Positions 1 to 8,590 of a stretch of DNA of 28,630 bases are shown here, piece after piece. The notes beneath the pieces are model-generated. The model was not told the origin of the DNA and searched no databases. It worked only from the letters and a program-made list of their open reading frames with translations. The stretch is from a virus: the UHGV virus genome UHGV-0195556; one strand, given 5' to 3'. Both the position numbers and the translations under genes were made by a program. Every line of letters begins with the position of its first letter. The stretch's first letter is position 1.

Positions 1-696
1 GCGCTAAAATCGTCGCTGGATACCCTGAATCAGGAAATTCTGGATATCAAAAATCAGGAGTTATCGGGAACGTTAACTCTGTATTCCCGGCCCTCTATCG
101 CCCAATGCTGGTTGGTGCCCGCATTAGGTGACTTTACACGCCGATATCCGTCTATTTCGCTCACCGTGCTCACTGGTAATGACAATGTCAATTTGCAACG
201 TGCCGGAATCGATTTGGCGATCTACTTTGATGATGCGCCGTCAGCGCAACTGACCCATAACTTTCTGATGGATGAAGAAATCTTGCCAGTTTGTAGCCCG
301 GAGTACGCTCATAGACATGATTTAACCAACACGGTAATTAACCTGCGTCACTGTACGTTGCTCCATGACAGACAGGCATGGAGCAACGACTCCGGTACGG
401 ATGAATGGCATAGTTGGGCGCAACATTATGCGGTTAATTTGCCGACATCTTCTGGAATTGGCTTTGATCGTTCTGATTTAGCCGTTATCGCCGCGATGAA
501 TCATGTTGGGGTGGCGATGGGAAGGAAACGCCTGGTACAAAAAAGGCTTGCCAGTGGTGAGCTCGTCGCGCCGTTTGGCGATATGACGGTGAAATGCCAT
601 CAGCATTATTACATCACCACATTACCGGGCAGGCAGTGGCCAAAAATTGAGGCATTTATTACTTGGTTAAGAGAACAGGTAAAAACCACTTCATAA
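1..696 (+). CDS. dsdC: LysR-family transcriptional regulator, 3' part (5' end lies outside window); DsdC-like D-serine deaminase activator
   Basis: Frame 1 is open from base 1 to the stop at 694-696; sequence resembles a LysR effector-binding domain; recalled DsdC sequence and neighbourhood (torI / argW-type prophage att next to dsdC in E. coli K-12) agree. Confidence 0.75.
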   Translation, partial: ALKSSLDTLNQEILDIKNQELSGTLTLYSRPSIAQCWLVPALGDFTRRYPSISLTVLTGNDNVNLQRAGIDLAIYFDDAPSAQLTHNFLMDEEILPVCSPEYAHRHDLTNTVINLRHCTLLHDRQAWSNDSGTDEWHSWAQHYAVNLPTSSGIGFDRSDLAVIAAMNHVGVAMGRKRLVQKRLASGELVAPFGDMTVKCHQHYYITTLPGRQWPKIEAFITWLREQVKTTS

Positions 697-794
697 TGAA
701 TAAGACCACGAGTTCCTGGTGTGCCTTATTCGGCACTGCTAGTGCGAATTTAATAATTTACGGTTTTTACGTGGTTTTAGGGATAAACACAAGA

Positions 795-810
795 ATGGTG
801 TCCCCTGCAG
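795..810. repeat. att core copy 1 (ATGGTGTCCCCTGCAG), outer boundary of the satellite on the dsdC side
   Basis: Exact 16-bp direct repeat of 11759-11774; reverse complement matches the recalled 3' end of tRNA-Arg argW (CTGCAGGGGACACCA). Confidence 0.7.
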
Positions 811-1210
811 GAATGTGATTAATGAATTAAGAAATTGATTTTTATGAATATAAAATTTTTATTGTCATAATTCTATACACTTAGTTATACACATAAGAAA
901 AAATCAGTGATTTTTATGGACTGGGTGTATCTTCCCCAGCCCAGCCCAGCCCCAACAAACCTAATGCAGTCTTTAGTTTACAAATTGTTACATATATTAT
1001 TCGTCAAATTTCATTATTATCAGAGATTAACAAGCATTGGCAAAGGTTGTCACTCAGTAATACTCACCATTATTAACTATTATTCACCATTATTTAGTAT
1101 TCAAATTCTTTGAATGAGTTTGAAAGTGCCAGTCTTTACGTATTAATTCTTCTGTGCAAGTATATATACACCCAATAGAGACTAATTAAGTCTTAGTATA
1201 AATATCTAAT

Positions 1211-1453
1211 GTGAAGGACATAGCCATGAGCTTATTGCCTCGGGAAAACGCACCCCAAAAAAGATATAGACTTCTGAGAATATCAGAAGTGATTAATTTG
1301 ACTGGCTTACCCAAGTCAACAATTTATCTAAAGATAAAGAATGATGAATTTCCGAACCAAGTTTCTATCGGTTCTCGTTCTGTTGCATGGGTGGAGCATG
1401 AAGTTAATGAATGGATAGAGAAGAATATTCTCAATAGAAAATTAAACTCCTAA
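1211..1453 (+). CDS. AlpA-family phage regulatory protein (small DNA-binding activator/excisionase-like)
   Basis: 80-aa ORF with MerR-like HTH typical of AlpA family; first gene inside the att boundary; AlpA is a marker of P4-like satellites. Confidence 0.7.
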   Translation: MKDIAMSLLPRENAPQKRYRLLRISEVINLTGLPKSTIYLKIKNDEFPNQVSIGSRSVAWVEHEVNEWIEKNILNRKLNS

Positions 1454-1470
1454 ATTGAGGTGGCAAATAT

Positions 1471-2331
1471 ATGGTTGACAATGTTTTTAAGAAGAAATTG
1501 GCATCAATTAAGAACGAACATGTGTCGGTGTTAGATAGTTACAAAGTAAGATCATTTAAAGAGACTCATAGCGACACGGCCTGTATTGTGCGTATTATTG
1601 AAATATATTCACTGAATAAGCTGCGAGCTAAAGGTGAAAAGCTGTATTCACTTACGGGGTTAACAGTACCTGATACGGAAACTGTGGCGAATGAGATCAA
1701 CCTGCTCCTGAGCCGTTATGCCCAGTTGTGTCGTCAGGAAGAGGAAGAGTTATCTTTCCGGCAGCGTGAAGTGACAAATGCGGAAGTTGCATGGAAAAGC
1801 ACATTCTCAAAAAACGGCGTCAGTAGCATTGCTGAAGCCAAAACGAATAAAATGGGGCATGCTGAACGAGCGGATGCTGAACGGTATTACCATCTGGCTG
1901 TTTCCCGGTTGAATGAACAACATAGTCGATTGAGCACGATCAAGCTTTTGCCGGGAGTACTGGCCGATGAAGGAAACTACATTGGGAAGGGAATCGATAA
2001 GCGTTTACTGAATATATTTCCTCAATCCGGCCAGATCCCTGCTGATTTTATTTCTGTATTTAATGACAGTGACGTTGTCCGTGATATTAAATTTATTACT
2101 GATGCACTCAAGTCTTTATCTGATTCCGTGAGTGAAATTATTAGTCGTTGTAGCGTTCCAACTGATCGTTATGTATTAAATAACGGTGGAATGGCAAGAG
2201 CTATGGCTTACAGGGAGTACTATCGAGCAGATAATTATGTATTACGTTCAGTCGTAAGTGACCGGGATTATGTTGAGCATGTAATGAAATACAATCTGGT
2301 TACTGAGTACAAAAATAAAATCTTTTCTTAA
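1471..2331 (+). CDS. hypothetical protein; candidate capsid-assembly factor by position (immediately upstream of capsid homologue)
   Basis: 286-aa ORF with RBS (GAGGTGG) 18 nt after the alpA stop; no family recognised by eye; does not match my recollection of P2 gpO or P4 Sid/Psu. Confidence 0.45.
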   Translation: MVDNVFKKKLASIKNEHVSVLDSYKVRSFKETHSDTACIVRIIEIYSLNKLRAKGEKLYSLTGLTVPDTETVANEINLLLSRYAQLCRQEEEELSFRQREVTNAEVAWKSTFSKNGVSSIAEAKTNKMGHAERADAERYYHLAVSRLNEQHSRLSTIKLLPGVLADEGNYIGKGIDKRLLNIFPQSGQIPADFISVFNDSDVVRDIKFITDALKSLSDSVSEIISRCSVPTDRYVLNNGGMARAMAYREYYRADNYVLRSVVSDRDYVEHVMKYNLVTEYKNKIFS

Positions 2332-2353
2332 ATACTTAAAAAGGTGAAAAACT

Positions 2354-3358
2354 ATGTATGCCTTCAAAACTGAAAGGCCGGACGCAGCACGTCGTTATCA
2401 TAATAAATTCGTCACTGGCACTAACTATCAGGAAGAATCAAACAGACGCTTTGCATTAAGCGAACCTACTGAAAATATACTGCGTACCTCAATTCTGGAA
2501 TCCGGGTGGCTTATTAAAAATATTACCCTACGTGATGTTAACGCCGTGTCAGGTAATGCCGTCAATATTGGTGCCAGTGAACTGTATACCGGACGTGTGG
2601 ATGGTGGCCGTTTCCACAAAAAAATGGCAATCAATGGTACGGAGTTCTTTCTGACAGAGACGGATACCTGCGCCCGGATCAGCTATTCCGATATGTCTCA
2701 TATTTACCATACCGGCGTGCCGGATGAGTTTGAGAAAACGGTTGAGAGCTTTTTTGCCCAGGCATATGCGCTGGACATGCTGCGGGTCGGTTTCAACGGT
2801 GTGTCGATTGCAAATACTACAAACCCGGAAATCAATAAAAAAGGCGAGGATGTCAATATTGGCTGGCATGCACTGGCGAAAGCCTACGGGAACGGAAAGC
2901 AAATCATCTCTGAGCCTGTCACTCTGGGAGAGACTGGCACCTGGAAAAATATTGATGCTCTGGCCAACCATCTGATTACAGAGCTTATTGCTGAGCAGTT
3001 TCGTGAAGATCCTCGTCTGGTTGTACTGGTTGGGGCAGAGCTGGCAGCACATCAACGCCTGAAGTTATTTAATGCCGCAGACCGCCCGTCTGATGTGAAT
3101 GCGGCACAGATGGCTACAAGTTCTGTTGCTGGCCGCTTTGCGTTTATTCCCCCGTTTATGCCGGGTAAGCGTCTGGCAGTAACGACGCTGGATAATCTGC
3201 ATATTTACACTCAGGCGATAACACGCTGGTTTCGTGCTGAGTTTGATGATGAAAGCAGTGAATACGTGCATTCCTACCTGCGCAATGAAGGTTATGCACT
3301 CGGTGAACCTGAACTGTACGCGGCTGTTGATGAGTGCACCCTGACGTTTGCGGATTGA
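2354..3358 (+). CDS. P2-family major capsid protein homologue (GpN-like)
   Basis: 334-aa ORF with RBS; colinear blocks match recalled P2 gpN (VGFNGV vs AGFNGV; DPRLVVLVGAEL vs DPDLVVIVGRQL; LDNLHIY vs LENLSIY; ESGWL vs ESSDFL). Confidence 0.65.
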   Translation: MYAFKTERPDAARRYHNKFVTGTNYQEESNRRFALSEPTENILRTSILESGWLIKNITLRDVNAVSGNAVNIGASELYTGRVDGGRFHKKMAINGTEFFLTETDTCARISYSDMSHIYHTGVPDEFEKTVESFFAQAYALDMLRVGFNGVSIANTTNPEINKKGEDVNIGWHALAKAYGNGKQIISEPVTLGETGTWKNIDALANHLITELIAEQFREDPRLVVLVGAELAAHQRLKLFNAADRPSDVNAAQMATSSVAGRFAFIPPFMPGKRLAVTTLDNLHIYTQAITRWFRAEFDDESSEYVHSYLRNEGYALGEPELYAAVDECTLTFAD

Positions 3359-3371
3359 CTTAGCGACAGAA

Positions 3372-3398
3372 AGACCCGCTCAGAGGCGGGTCTCGTTT
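3372..3398 (+). terminator. putative rho-independent terminator after capsid gene
   Basis: Inverted repeat AGACCCGC / GCGGGTCT with 6-nt loop followed by a short T-containing tract. Confidence 0.4.
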
Positions 3399-3496
3399 AC
3401 AGCATCAGGAAAAATGAAGAACTATTTTTAAGCAGAGGCTTAAGCATGCCAGCGTTAATTAATCCAGGCAATGATCAGTTTTCGGTTATAAATTTC

Positions 3497-3526
3497 TTGC
3501 CTCACCAGGAATGCGCGGGATATAGT
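3497..3526 (+). promoter_or_regulatory. putative sigma70 promoter driving the immunity/replication operon (P4 PLE analogue)
   Basis: TTGCCT then 18-bp spacer then TATAGT, located upstream of the seqA-like element. Confidence 0.3.
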
Positions 3527-3556
3527 TTAAAGGTTGCCGCAAAATCGGCAGCCGGG

Positions 3557-3581
3557 CGTAGGAACCCGTGTTATCTGAAGG
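3557..3581 (+). promoter_or_regulatory. seqA-like target site of the immunity RNA
   Basis: GCGTAGGAAC...TATCTGAAGG, repeated at 3781-3821 and complementary to 3735-3756. Confidence 0.5.
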
Positions 3582-3588
3582 CGATACT

Positions 3589-3611
3589 ACACGCGCTAGG
3601 CGTGTTTTTTT
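3589..3611 (+). terminator. rho-independent terminator directly downstream of the seqA-like site (immunity terminator candidate)
   Basis: Stem ACACGC/GCGTGT with 5-nt loop followed by TTTTTTTGTGT. Confidence 0.55.
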
Positions 3612-3696
3612 GTGTCGCAGCTTTGACTCACCTAAAATTTATGGTGTGGTGGCTGATTGTATTTTTTTATTTTTTACGCCACATCATCAGAATTAT

Positions 3697-3775
3697 GGTA
3701 GTCCAGGCGGGGCAGCTTTCGGGCTGGCCGGTATCCTTCAGAGCCGGTATTCCTACCCCCGTCTGGGCTACCACC
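3697..3775 (+). ncRNA. structured small RNA, P4 CI-RNA-like immunity factor candidate
   Basis: 16-bp closing stem GGTAGTCCAGGCGGGG / CCCCGTCTGGGCTACC (two G-U pairs) enclosing internal hairpins; interior segment CCTTCAGA..TTCCTAC is complementary to both flanking seqA/seqC-like repeats; no credible ORF. Confidence 0.5.
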
Positions 3776-3780
3776 CATGA

Positions 3781-3821
3781 GCGTAGGAACTCCGGTGGTA
3801 GCGTTACCCGCTATCTGAAGG
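3781..3821 (+). promoter_or_regulatory. seqC-like target site of the immunity RNA
   Basis: Second copy of GCGTAGGAAC...CTATCTGAAGG immediately upstream of the RBS of the next CDS. Confidence 0.5.
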
Positions 3822-3832
3822 AGGTTGCCATT

Positions 3833-4036
3833 ATGGCTACAGTCCCTGCTTTATCTCACCCTGAATTTACCTTTGTCTTTCTGGCTGTCCGCCGTACAGA
3901 CCGTGATGCCCGTCCACGCCCTGTGCGTGTAATCGCAGAATGCGAGCATGCTGCACGCCTTAAACTTGCCACTGAATTTATCCTGAGCTTTGCTGCCCGT
4001 ATCCCTGTGAAAAGAGCCGGGGAGGTGGTTGCATGA
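3833..4036 (+). CDS. hypothetical protein (first gene of the replication operon)
   Basis: ATG preceded by GAAGGAGG; stop overlaps the next start (ATGA); the 196-aa track ORF 3446-4036 is rejected upstream of this ATG. Confidence 0.5.
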   Translation: MATVPALSHPEFTFVFLAVRRTDRDARPRPVRVIAECEHAARLKLATEFILSFAARIPVKRAGEVVA

Positions 4037-4269
4037 AATCCATGAATTTTAAGCAAGGCTGCATATTGAGTGAACAGGGGGAGAGTCGTCTGTTACGGGC
4101 GGCACTGGCCAGTGAGTTTCTTGCAGAGGTCTTGTCCGTGCCCACAGTGAATGGAGCGAGAACTGTTTCAGCGGAAGGCGCTGCGGCTTTAGTGGCCTGT
4201 ATTGCCGAACAACTGGATGGCGTTGTTAAGGAAACCAGCACAATTAAGGGAGTGATGCGCGATGAATAA
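4033..4269 (+). CDS. hypothetical protein
   Basis: 78-aa ORF translationally coupled to neighbours on both sides. Confidence 0.5.
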   Translation: MKSMNFKQGCILSEQGESRLLRAALASEFLAEVLSVPTVNGARTVSAEGAAALVACIAEQLDGVVKETSTIKGVMRDE

Positions 4270-4672
4270 TAATCAAAATTTAAAGGCGCATGCTTTACGA
4301 ACAGCAGTCTTACGCTACTACATTGCTGATGCATTCATTTCCTTAATGGTGCGTGTTCATAATGAACCTGTTTATATTGAAGATGGCGAACGAATAGAAC
4401 TCTCCCACGAAAAAGTGGTGAGTAATATTATTTACCATATTGAAATGCCGTGGGTGAATGAGTTTGGGGCTGATGCTGGTTGCATACTGGCCGCAGAGAA
4501 ACTGGAAAAAATGCTTAAACCAGGCTTTATGTCAGAAAATATTCGCCTGTCAGTTTTTGGTGTCACAGAGATGCGTGAGGTTTACCGGGATATTATTTTC
4601 GGAGCACCTGATGGCGAACTACCCGAAGGTTTTGAATTTGTGAAGCCGGAAGGTCAGGAGGTGCTGCTGTGA
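4262..4672 (+). CDS. hypothetical protein
   Basis: 136-aa ORF; stop overlaps the GTG start of the primase gene. Confidence 0.5.
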   Translation: MNNNQNLKAHALRTAVLRYYIADAFISLMVRVHNEPVYIEDGERIELSHEKVVSNIIYHIEMPWVNEFGADAGCILAAEKLEKMLKPGFMSENIRLSVFGVTEMREVYRDIIFGAPDGELPEGFEFVKPEGQEVLL

Positions 4673-7356
4673 AAACACCGTCTGTATCCACGATTTCCGG
4701 AGCTGCAATTGGGCGCTGGCCTTATATCCTGTCAGCATTAGGTATTAAAGTACCGTCCGCAGGACATCATGGGGCTTGCCCTGCCTGTGGTGGAAAAGAT
4801 CGTTTTCGACTGGACGATAAAGCGGGGCGAGGGACGTGGTTTTGTAATCAGTGCGGTCATGGCGATGGTCTTGATCTGGTTCGTCTGGTGACAGGAAGAA
4901 AGATAAAAGAAGTCGCCGGGATGGTATCTGAGGCGCTTGCATTACCAGAAATACAGGAGAAGCCCGCATTGCCAGCCAGGAAAAAGGCCGCAGGAAAAGA
5001 AGCGGGCGCGGAGCGATATACCAGACTCAGACAGCAGTCCTGCAATGGTGAGCCGGTCTATCTGACAAATAAGAGCTTACACGGGTATTCACTTCCCTTG
5101 CTGTCACAGCCTTTGAATCTGGCCGGAATAACATTTTCCACCGGTTCATTACTGCTGCCTTTGACGGATATTTCCGGGAATATTACTGGTGGCCAGCTTA
5201 TCAATCCTGACGGGGATAAAAGTCTGCTGCCCGGTAGCCAGCTGTCTGGCGCATTCATTGCCCTGACCGATATACCCGCTGAAACACCTGAACAGGTGAT
5301 TATCACTGAGGGTTTTGCCACGGCGCTTACCGTCAGTCTGCTGACTGAAGGATGGATCGTGGCGGCTGTCGCTGCCACCAATTTACTGAAGGTGACGGAG
5401 CAGATCCGAAAACGCTGGCCGGAAACCCGGATCATTCTGGCCGGAGATAATGATCTGGCTGACGGCAAAGAAAACACCGGGCGTATTCAGGCAGAGAAAG
5501 CCGCCAAAGCGGTGGATGGCTGGGTAACGCTCCCTCCGGTACGCCATAAGGCTGACTGGGATGATTATCGGCAGGAAGTGGGGAAAGAACGGGCGAGAGA
5601 TGCCTTTCGTGAAGAAATGACGCTGCATGGCAAAGGGCAGACCCGTTTACCAGAAGGGTTCCGGCTGACAAAAGAATATTTGTGGTACGACAAGCTGGTT
5701 AATAAGTCTGATGGTGATACAGAGATACGTAATATCAAAATTTGCAGTCCGTTGCGGGTGACGGCAATCACCAGTGATGCTGATGGAAGTAATTACGGGC
5801 GTTTGCTGGAATGGGAAGATACCAACGGAAACAGCCGTAAATGGGCAATGCCGATGGAGATGCTGGGCGGTAGCGGGGAAGAACTGCGCCGCGTTCTGCT
5901 GGTTAACGGGCTTTCTTACATCAACATTAACGGCATGGCCAGAGCATTCCTGATGGAATATATCTCGCTGTGTAAACCGGACAGAAAAGTAACCTGTGTG
6001 AATAAAACTGGCTGGCACGGCGGGGTTTACGTTCTCCAGGATGAAGTGATAGGGCGCGAAGCCCAGTCAGTCATCTTACAAACATCGAGTGTGCAGGGGC
6101 GTGATTTTCGTGTCAGCGGCACATCAGAGGGCTGGCGTGAAAATATAGGCCGTTATTGCATAAAGAATGCCCGTCTTGCCTTTGCGGTGAGTCTGGCATT
6201 TGCTGCCCCCCTTCTGAAACTGGTTGGTATCGGCGGTGGAGGTTATCACCTCAAAGGGGAATCCACAGACGGTAAAACCACGACGATGAAAGTGGCTGCA
6301 TCAGTATGTGGTGGAACAGATTTCTGGCATACGTGGCGGGCGACGGGGAATGCCTTAGAAGGAACGGCGAGCCGCCGCAATGATGCCACGCTGATGCTGG
6401 ATGAAATCCGGGAGGTTGACGGCAGGGAGGCGGGAAATATCGCTTATATGCTGGCTAACGGGCAGGGCAAAGCCAGAGCCAGAACAGATGGTTCGGTAAG
6501 GGAAACCAACCGCTGGAATCTGTTGTTTCTGTCTACCGGGGAACTGTCACTGGTAGAGCATGCGGCAAGCGCCGGGGAACGTACGTATGCCGGGGTTGAG
6601 GTCAGAATGATCCAGATCCCAAGCGATTCGGGCAAGTATGGCGTGTTTGAAGAACTTCATGGCTTCAGTAGCGGGAAAACCCTGGCTGAGCATCTTGAGC
6701 AGCACGTAGCGCATTATCATGGTGCACCATTCCGCGACTGGCTGTATTGCCTGACCGCTGATCTGCCGGAACTGACCAGTCAGGCGAAAGCCTTATTGAA
6801 AGAGTATACCCGAAGGCTGACGCCGGAAAATGCCGGGAATCAGGTTGGCCGGGCTGTTACCCGTTTTGCTCTGGTTGCGATGGCCGGGGAGCTGGCCACA
6901 AAAGCGGGCATCACAGGATGGCCGGAGGGAGAGGCCTTTCGTGCCGCTCAAAGCTGTCTGGCTGCATGGATGGCTGACCGGGGCCATACAGCTAATCAGG
7001 AAGATAAAGCGGCACTTGAACAGGTTCGGGACTTCATGACGCGTAATCAGTTCAGTCGGTTTGCTGACTGGAATGACGACAGGAACCGGCCTGTTTCAAT
7101 GATGGGATTCAGAAAAGTCGATAAAGGAGACAACGTGACAGAGCCGGTTGTGACGTTCTACGTTCTCCCGTCAGGCTGGAAGGAGATCTGTAAGGGATTT
7201 GACTCGCGTAAGGTGGCCAGGTTGTGTGTGGACGCGGGCTGGCTGAAACCCGGTGAAGATGGCCGGACGCAAAACAGCATTCGCCTGCCAGAAATAGGGC
7301 TTAAACGTGTGTACCAGTTCAATACACAGGTACTGGGAAGCGCTGAACCTGAGTGA
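4669..7356 (+). CDS. P4 alpha-like bifunctional DNA primase/helicase (zinc ribbon + TOPRIM + P-loop NTPase)
   Basis: 895-aa ORF with GTG start after AGGAGG; N-terminal CPACGG...CNQCGH zinc-binding motif; TOPRIM-like ITEGFATAL..AGDND; Walker A GESTDGKTT. Confidence 0.8.
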   Translation: MKTPSVSTISGAAIGRWPYILSALGIKVPSAGHHGACPACGGKDRFRLDDKAGRGTWFCNQCGHGDGLDLVRLVTGRKIKEVAGMVSEALALPEIQEKPALPARKKAAGKEAGAERYTRLRQQSCNGEPVYLTNKSLHGYSLPLLSQPLNLAGITFSTGSLLLPLTDISGNITGGQLINPDGDKSLLPGSQLSGAFIALTDIPAETPEQVIITEGFATALTVSLLTEGWIVAAVAATNLLKVTEQIRKRWPETRIILAGDNDLADGKENTGRIQAEKAAKAVDGWVTLPPVRHKADWDDYRQEVGKERARDAFREEMTLHGKGQTRLPEGFRLTKEYLWYDKLVNKSDGDTEIRNIKICSPLRVTAITSDADGSNYGRLLEWEDTNGNSRKWAMPMEMLGGSGEELRRVLLVNGLSYININGMARAFLMEYISLCKPDRKVTCVNKTGWHGGVYVLQDEVIGREAQSVILQTSSVQGRDFRVSGTSEGWRENIGRYCIKNARLAFAVSLAFAAPLLKLVGIGGGGYHLKGESTDGKTTTMKVAASVCGGTDFWHTWRATGNALEGTASRRNDATLMLDEIREVDGREAGNIAYMLANGQGKARARTDGSVRETNRWNLLFLSTGELSLVEHAASAGERTYAGVEVRMIQIPSDSGKYGVFEELHGFSSGKTLAEHLEQHVAHYHGAPFRDWLYCLTADLPELTSQAKALLKEYTRRLTPENAGNQVGRAVTRFALVAMAGELATKAGITGWPEGEAFRAAQSCLAAWMADRGHTANQEDKAALEQVRDFMTRNQFSRFADWNDDRNRPVSMMGFRKVDKGDNVTEPVVTFYVLPSGWKEICKGFDSRKVARLCVDAGWLKPGEDGRTQNSIRLPEIGLKRVYQFNTQVLGSAEPE

Positions 7357-7380
7357 TTATCGCGTGAGTCTTATTTTTAT

Positions 7381-7570
7381 GAGGTAACACTGGTAACAGA
7401 GGTAACACCCGTTACTGATGCGGTTCTTCAGTGTTACCAGTCAAAAATACTGACTGGTAACAGAGGTAACAAAAAATGGTGTGTTACCACGCGTTACCTC
7501 TTGATTTTGCTAACTGGTAACAGATTAAATCCTTTTAAATCAATAGCGTTACACGTGTTACCAGTGTTAC
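7381..7570. repeat. iteron array, candidate satellite replication origin
   Basis: At least 9 copies of GGTAACA / TGTTACC in both orientations within about 190 bp immediately downstream of the primase gene; resembles P4 type-I iterons (TGTTCACC) as recalled. Confidence 0.6.
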
Positions 7571-7638
7571 ACGTTCAGAACAAGAGGTAGGGATCCAAAT
7601 CCCTTCTTCTGGCGGGCAACAGTATAGGGCACAGAACG

Positions 7639-7911
7639 ATGAAGATGATGAGAATGTACTGCCCCACATGTCAGGCAGTAGCACGGATAGGTAAAACAAA
7701 CAGGAAACACCCACAACTGTACGATGTGTACTGCTATTGCTCTAATGTGGAGTGCGGTCACTCGTTTGTGATGAATGTTGCTTTCTCCCATTCCGTTAGT
7801 CCAAGCGCGCTGAACGGGCAGGGAAGGGTTAAAGAGCTGATTGATGCAATTCCACCCGAGGAACGGGAAAAGGCTTTAAAGTTGCTGCTGGCTGCGCAAA
7901 AGAATGGGTAA
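7639..7911 (+). CDS. Ogr/Delta-family zinc-finger late-gene transcriptional activator
   Basis: CPTCQ...CYCSNVEC four-cysteine motif as in P2 Ogr / P4 Delta; exact start codon uncertain (several in-frame ATG). Confidence 0.7.
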   Translation: MKMMRMYCPTCQAVARIGKTNRKHPQLYDVYCYCSNVECGHSFVMNVAFSHSVSPSALNGQGRVKELIDAIPPEEREKALKLLLAAQKNG

Positions 7912-8590
7912 AGTATGCGTCGGGAATGGCCGATCTGTTCCCGGAACCTGAACACAGGATTTCAGTTTATACGGTCATAAAATTATTATTTTTCAACTGG
8001 TTATCTTCTTCATGTTTCACAAACCTTCATAAAATCACACACCTAAAATTAATTATCCATTTAATATCATAGAGTTGCGTATTCAGGCCATAGATTCGAC
8101 GGACAGTAAAACTGAAAAAAAATGAATTTCTTTTCATTCTTTTCAGTTCCTGTATCGCAGTACATCTCGAGGACTGGCACGGACTGGCGGTATCGTTTGT
8201 AAAAAATCCAGGCTGAAAATTTTTAGTGATATGAAAACCGCAGGCGGGTGCGGTGTAGTGCCGTTTTGGTCTGTCGAGCGTATATTTTCCTTTTTCACGA
8301 TTGCTGCATATCAAAACGAATGTGCAGATATCAGGCCGTGTCAAACCGTGAATCGTGGAGCCTAAATGCCCAAACTACGTTTGTAGACCTAGCTAGGGGA
8401 AGGTTTCCACATATACTGCTACCTATCTTCCAGTCGCTGGTGAGGATCAAGGTAAGCTAACTGGTGAACAAGAAAAGTACTTTCGTATCTTGCGTACTCG
8501 TTTTTTTTGATTAGTATGTACAGGTAGTAACTGGATGGTGAGAATTCGTCATAACTTATCAAATTGCATGATGTTTATAGAGTATGAGTA

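Noticed and set aside
907-1113. 68-aa ORF in the AT-rich region between dsdC and alpA
   Set aside because: Low-complexity, no RBS, and lies in the attachment/promoter region; more likely non-coding att arm DNA.
3446-4036. 196-aa track ORF spanning the immunity region
   Set aside because: Runs through two terminator hairpins and the repeat-flanked structured RNA; only the last 67 codons (from 3833, with RBS) look like a real gene.
4745-6018. Several 60-140-aa antisense ORFs inside the primase gene
   Set aside because: Fully embedded antisense to a well-supported 895-aa gene, with no RBS or operon logic.
7381-7570. Possible CRISPR array suggested by the short repeats
   Set aside because: Repeat units are only 7 bp, irregularly spaced and in both orientations, with no spacer structure; consistent with replication iterons.
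8027-8460. Track ORFs 8027-8344 (-) and 8248-8460 (+) upstream of the cargo
   Set aside because: Lie in AT-rich leader DNA, overlap each other, and lack RBS; more likely promoter or silenced leader region.
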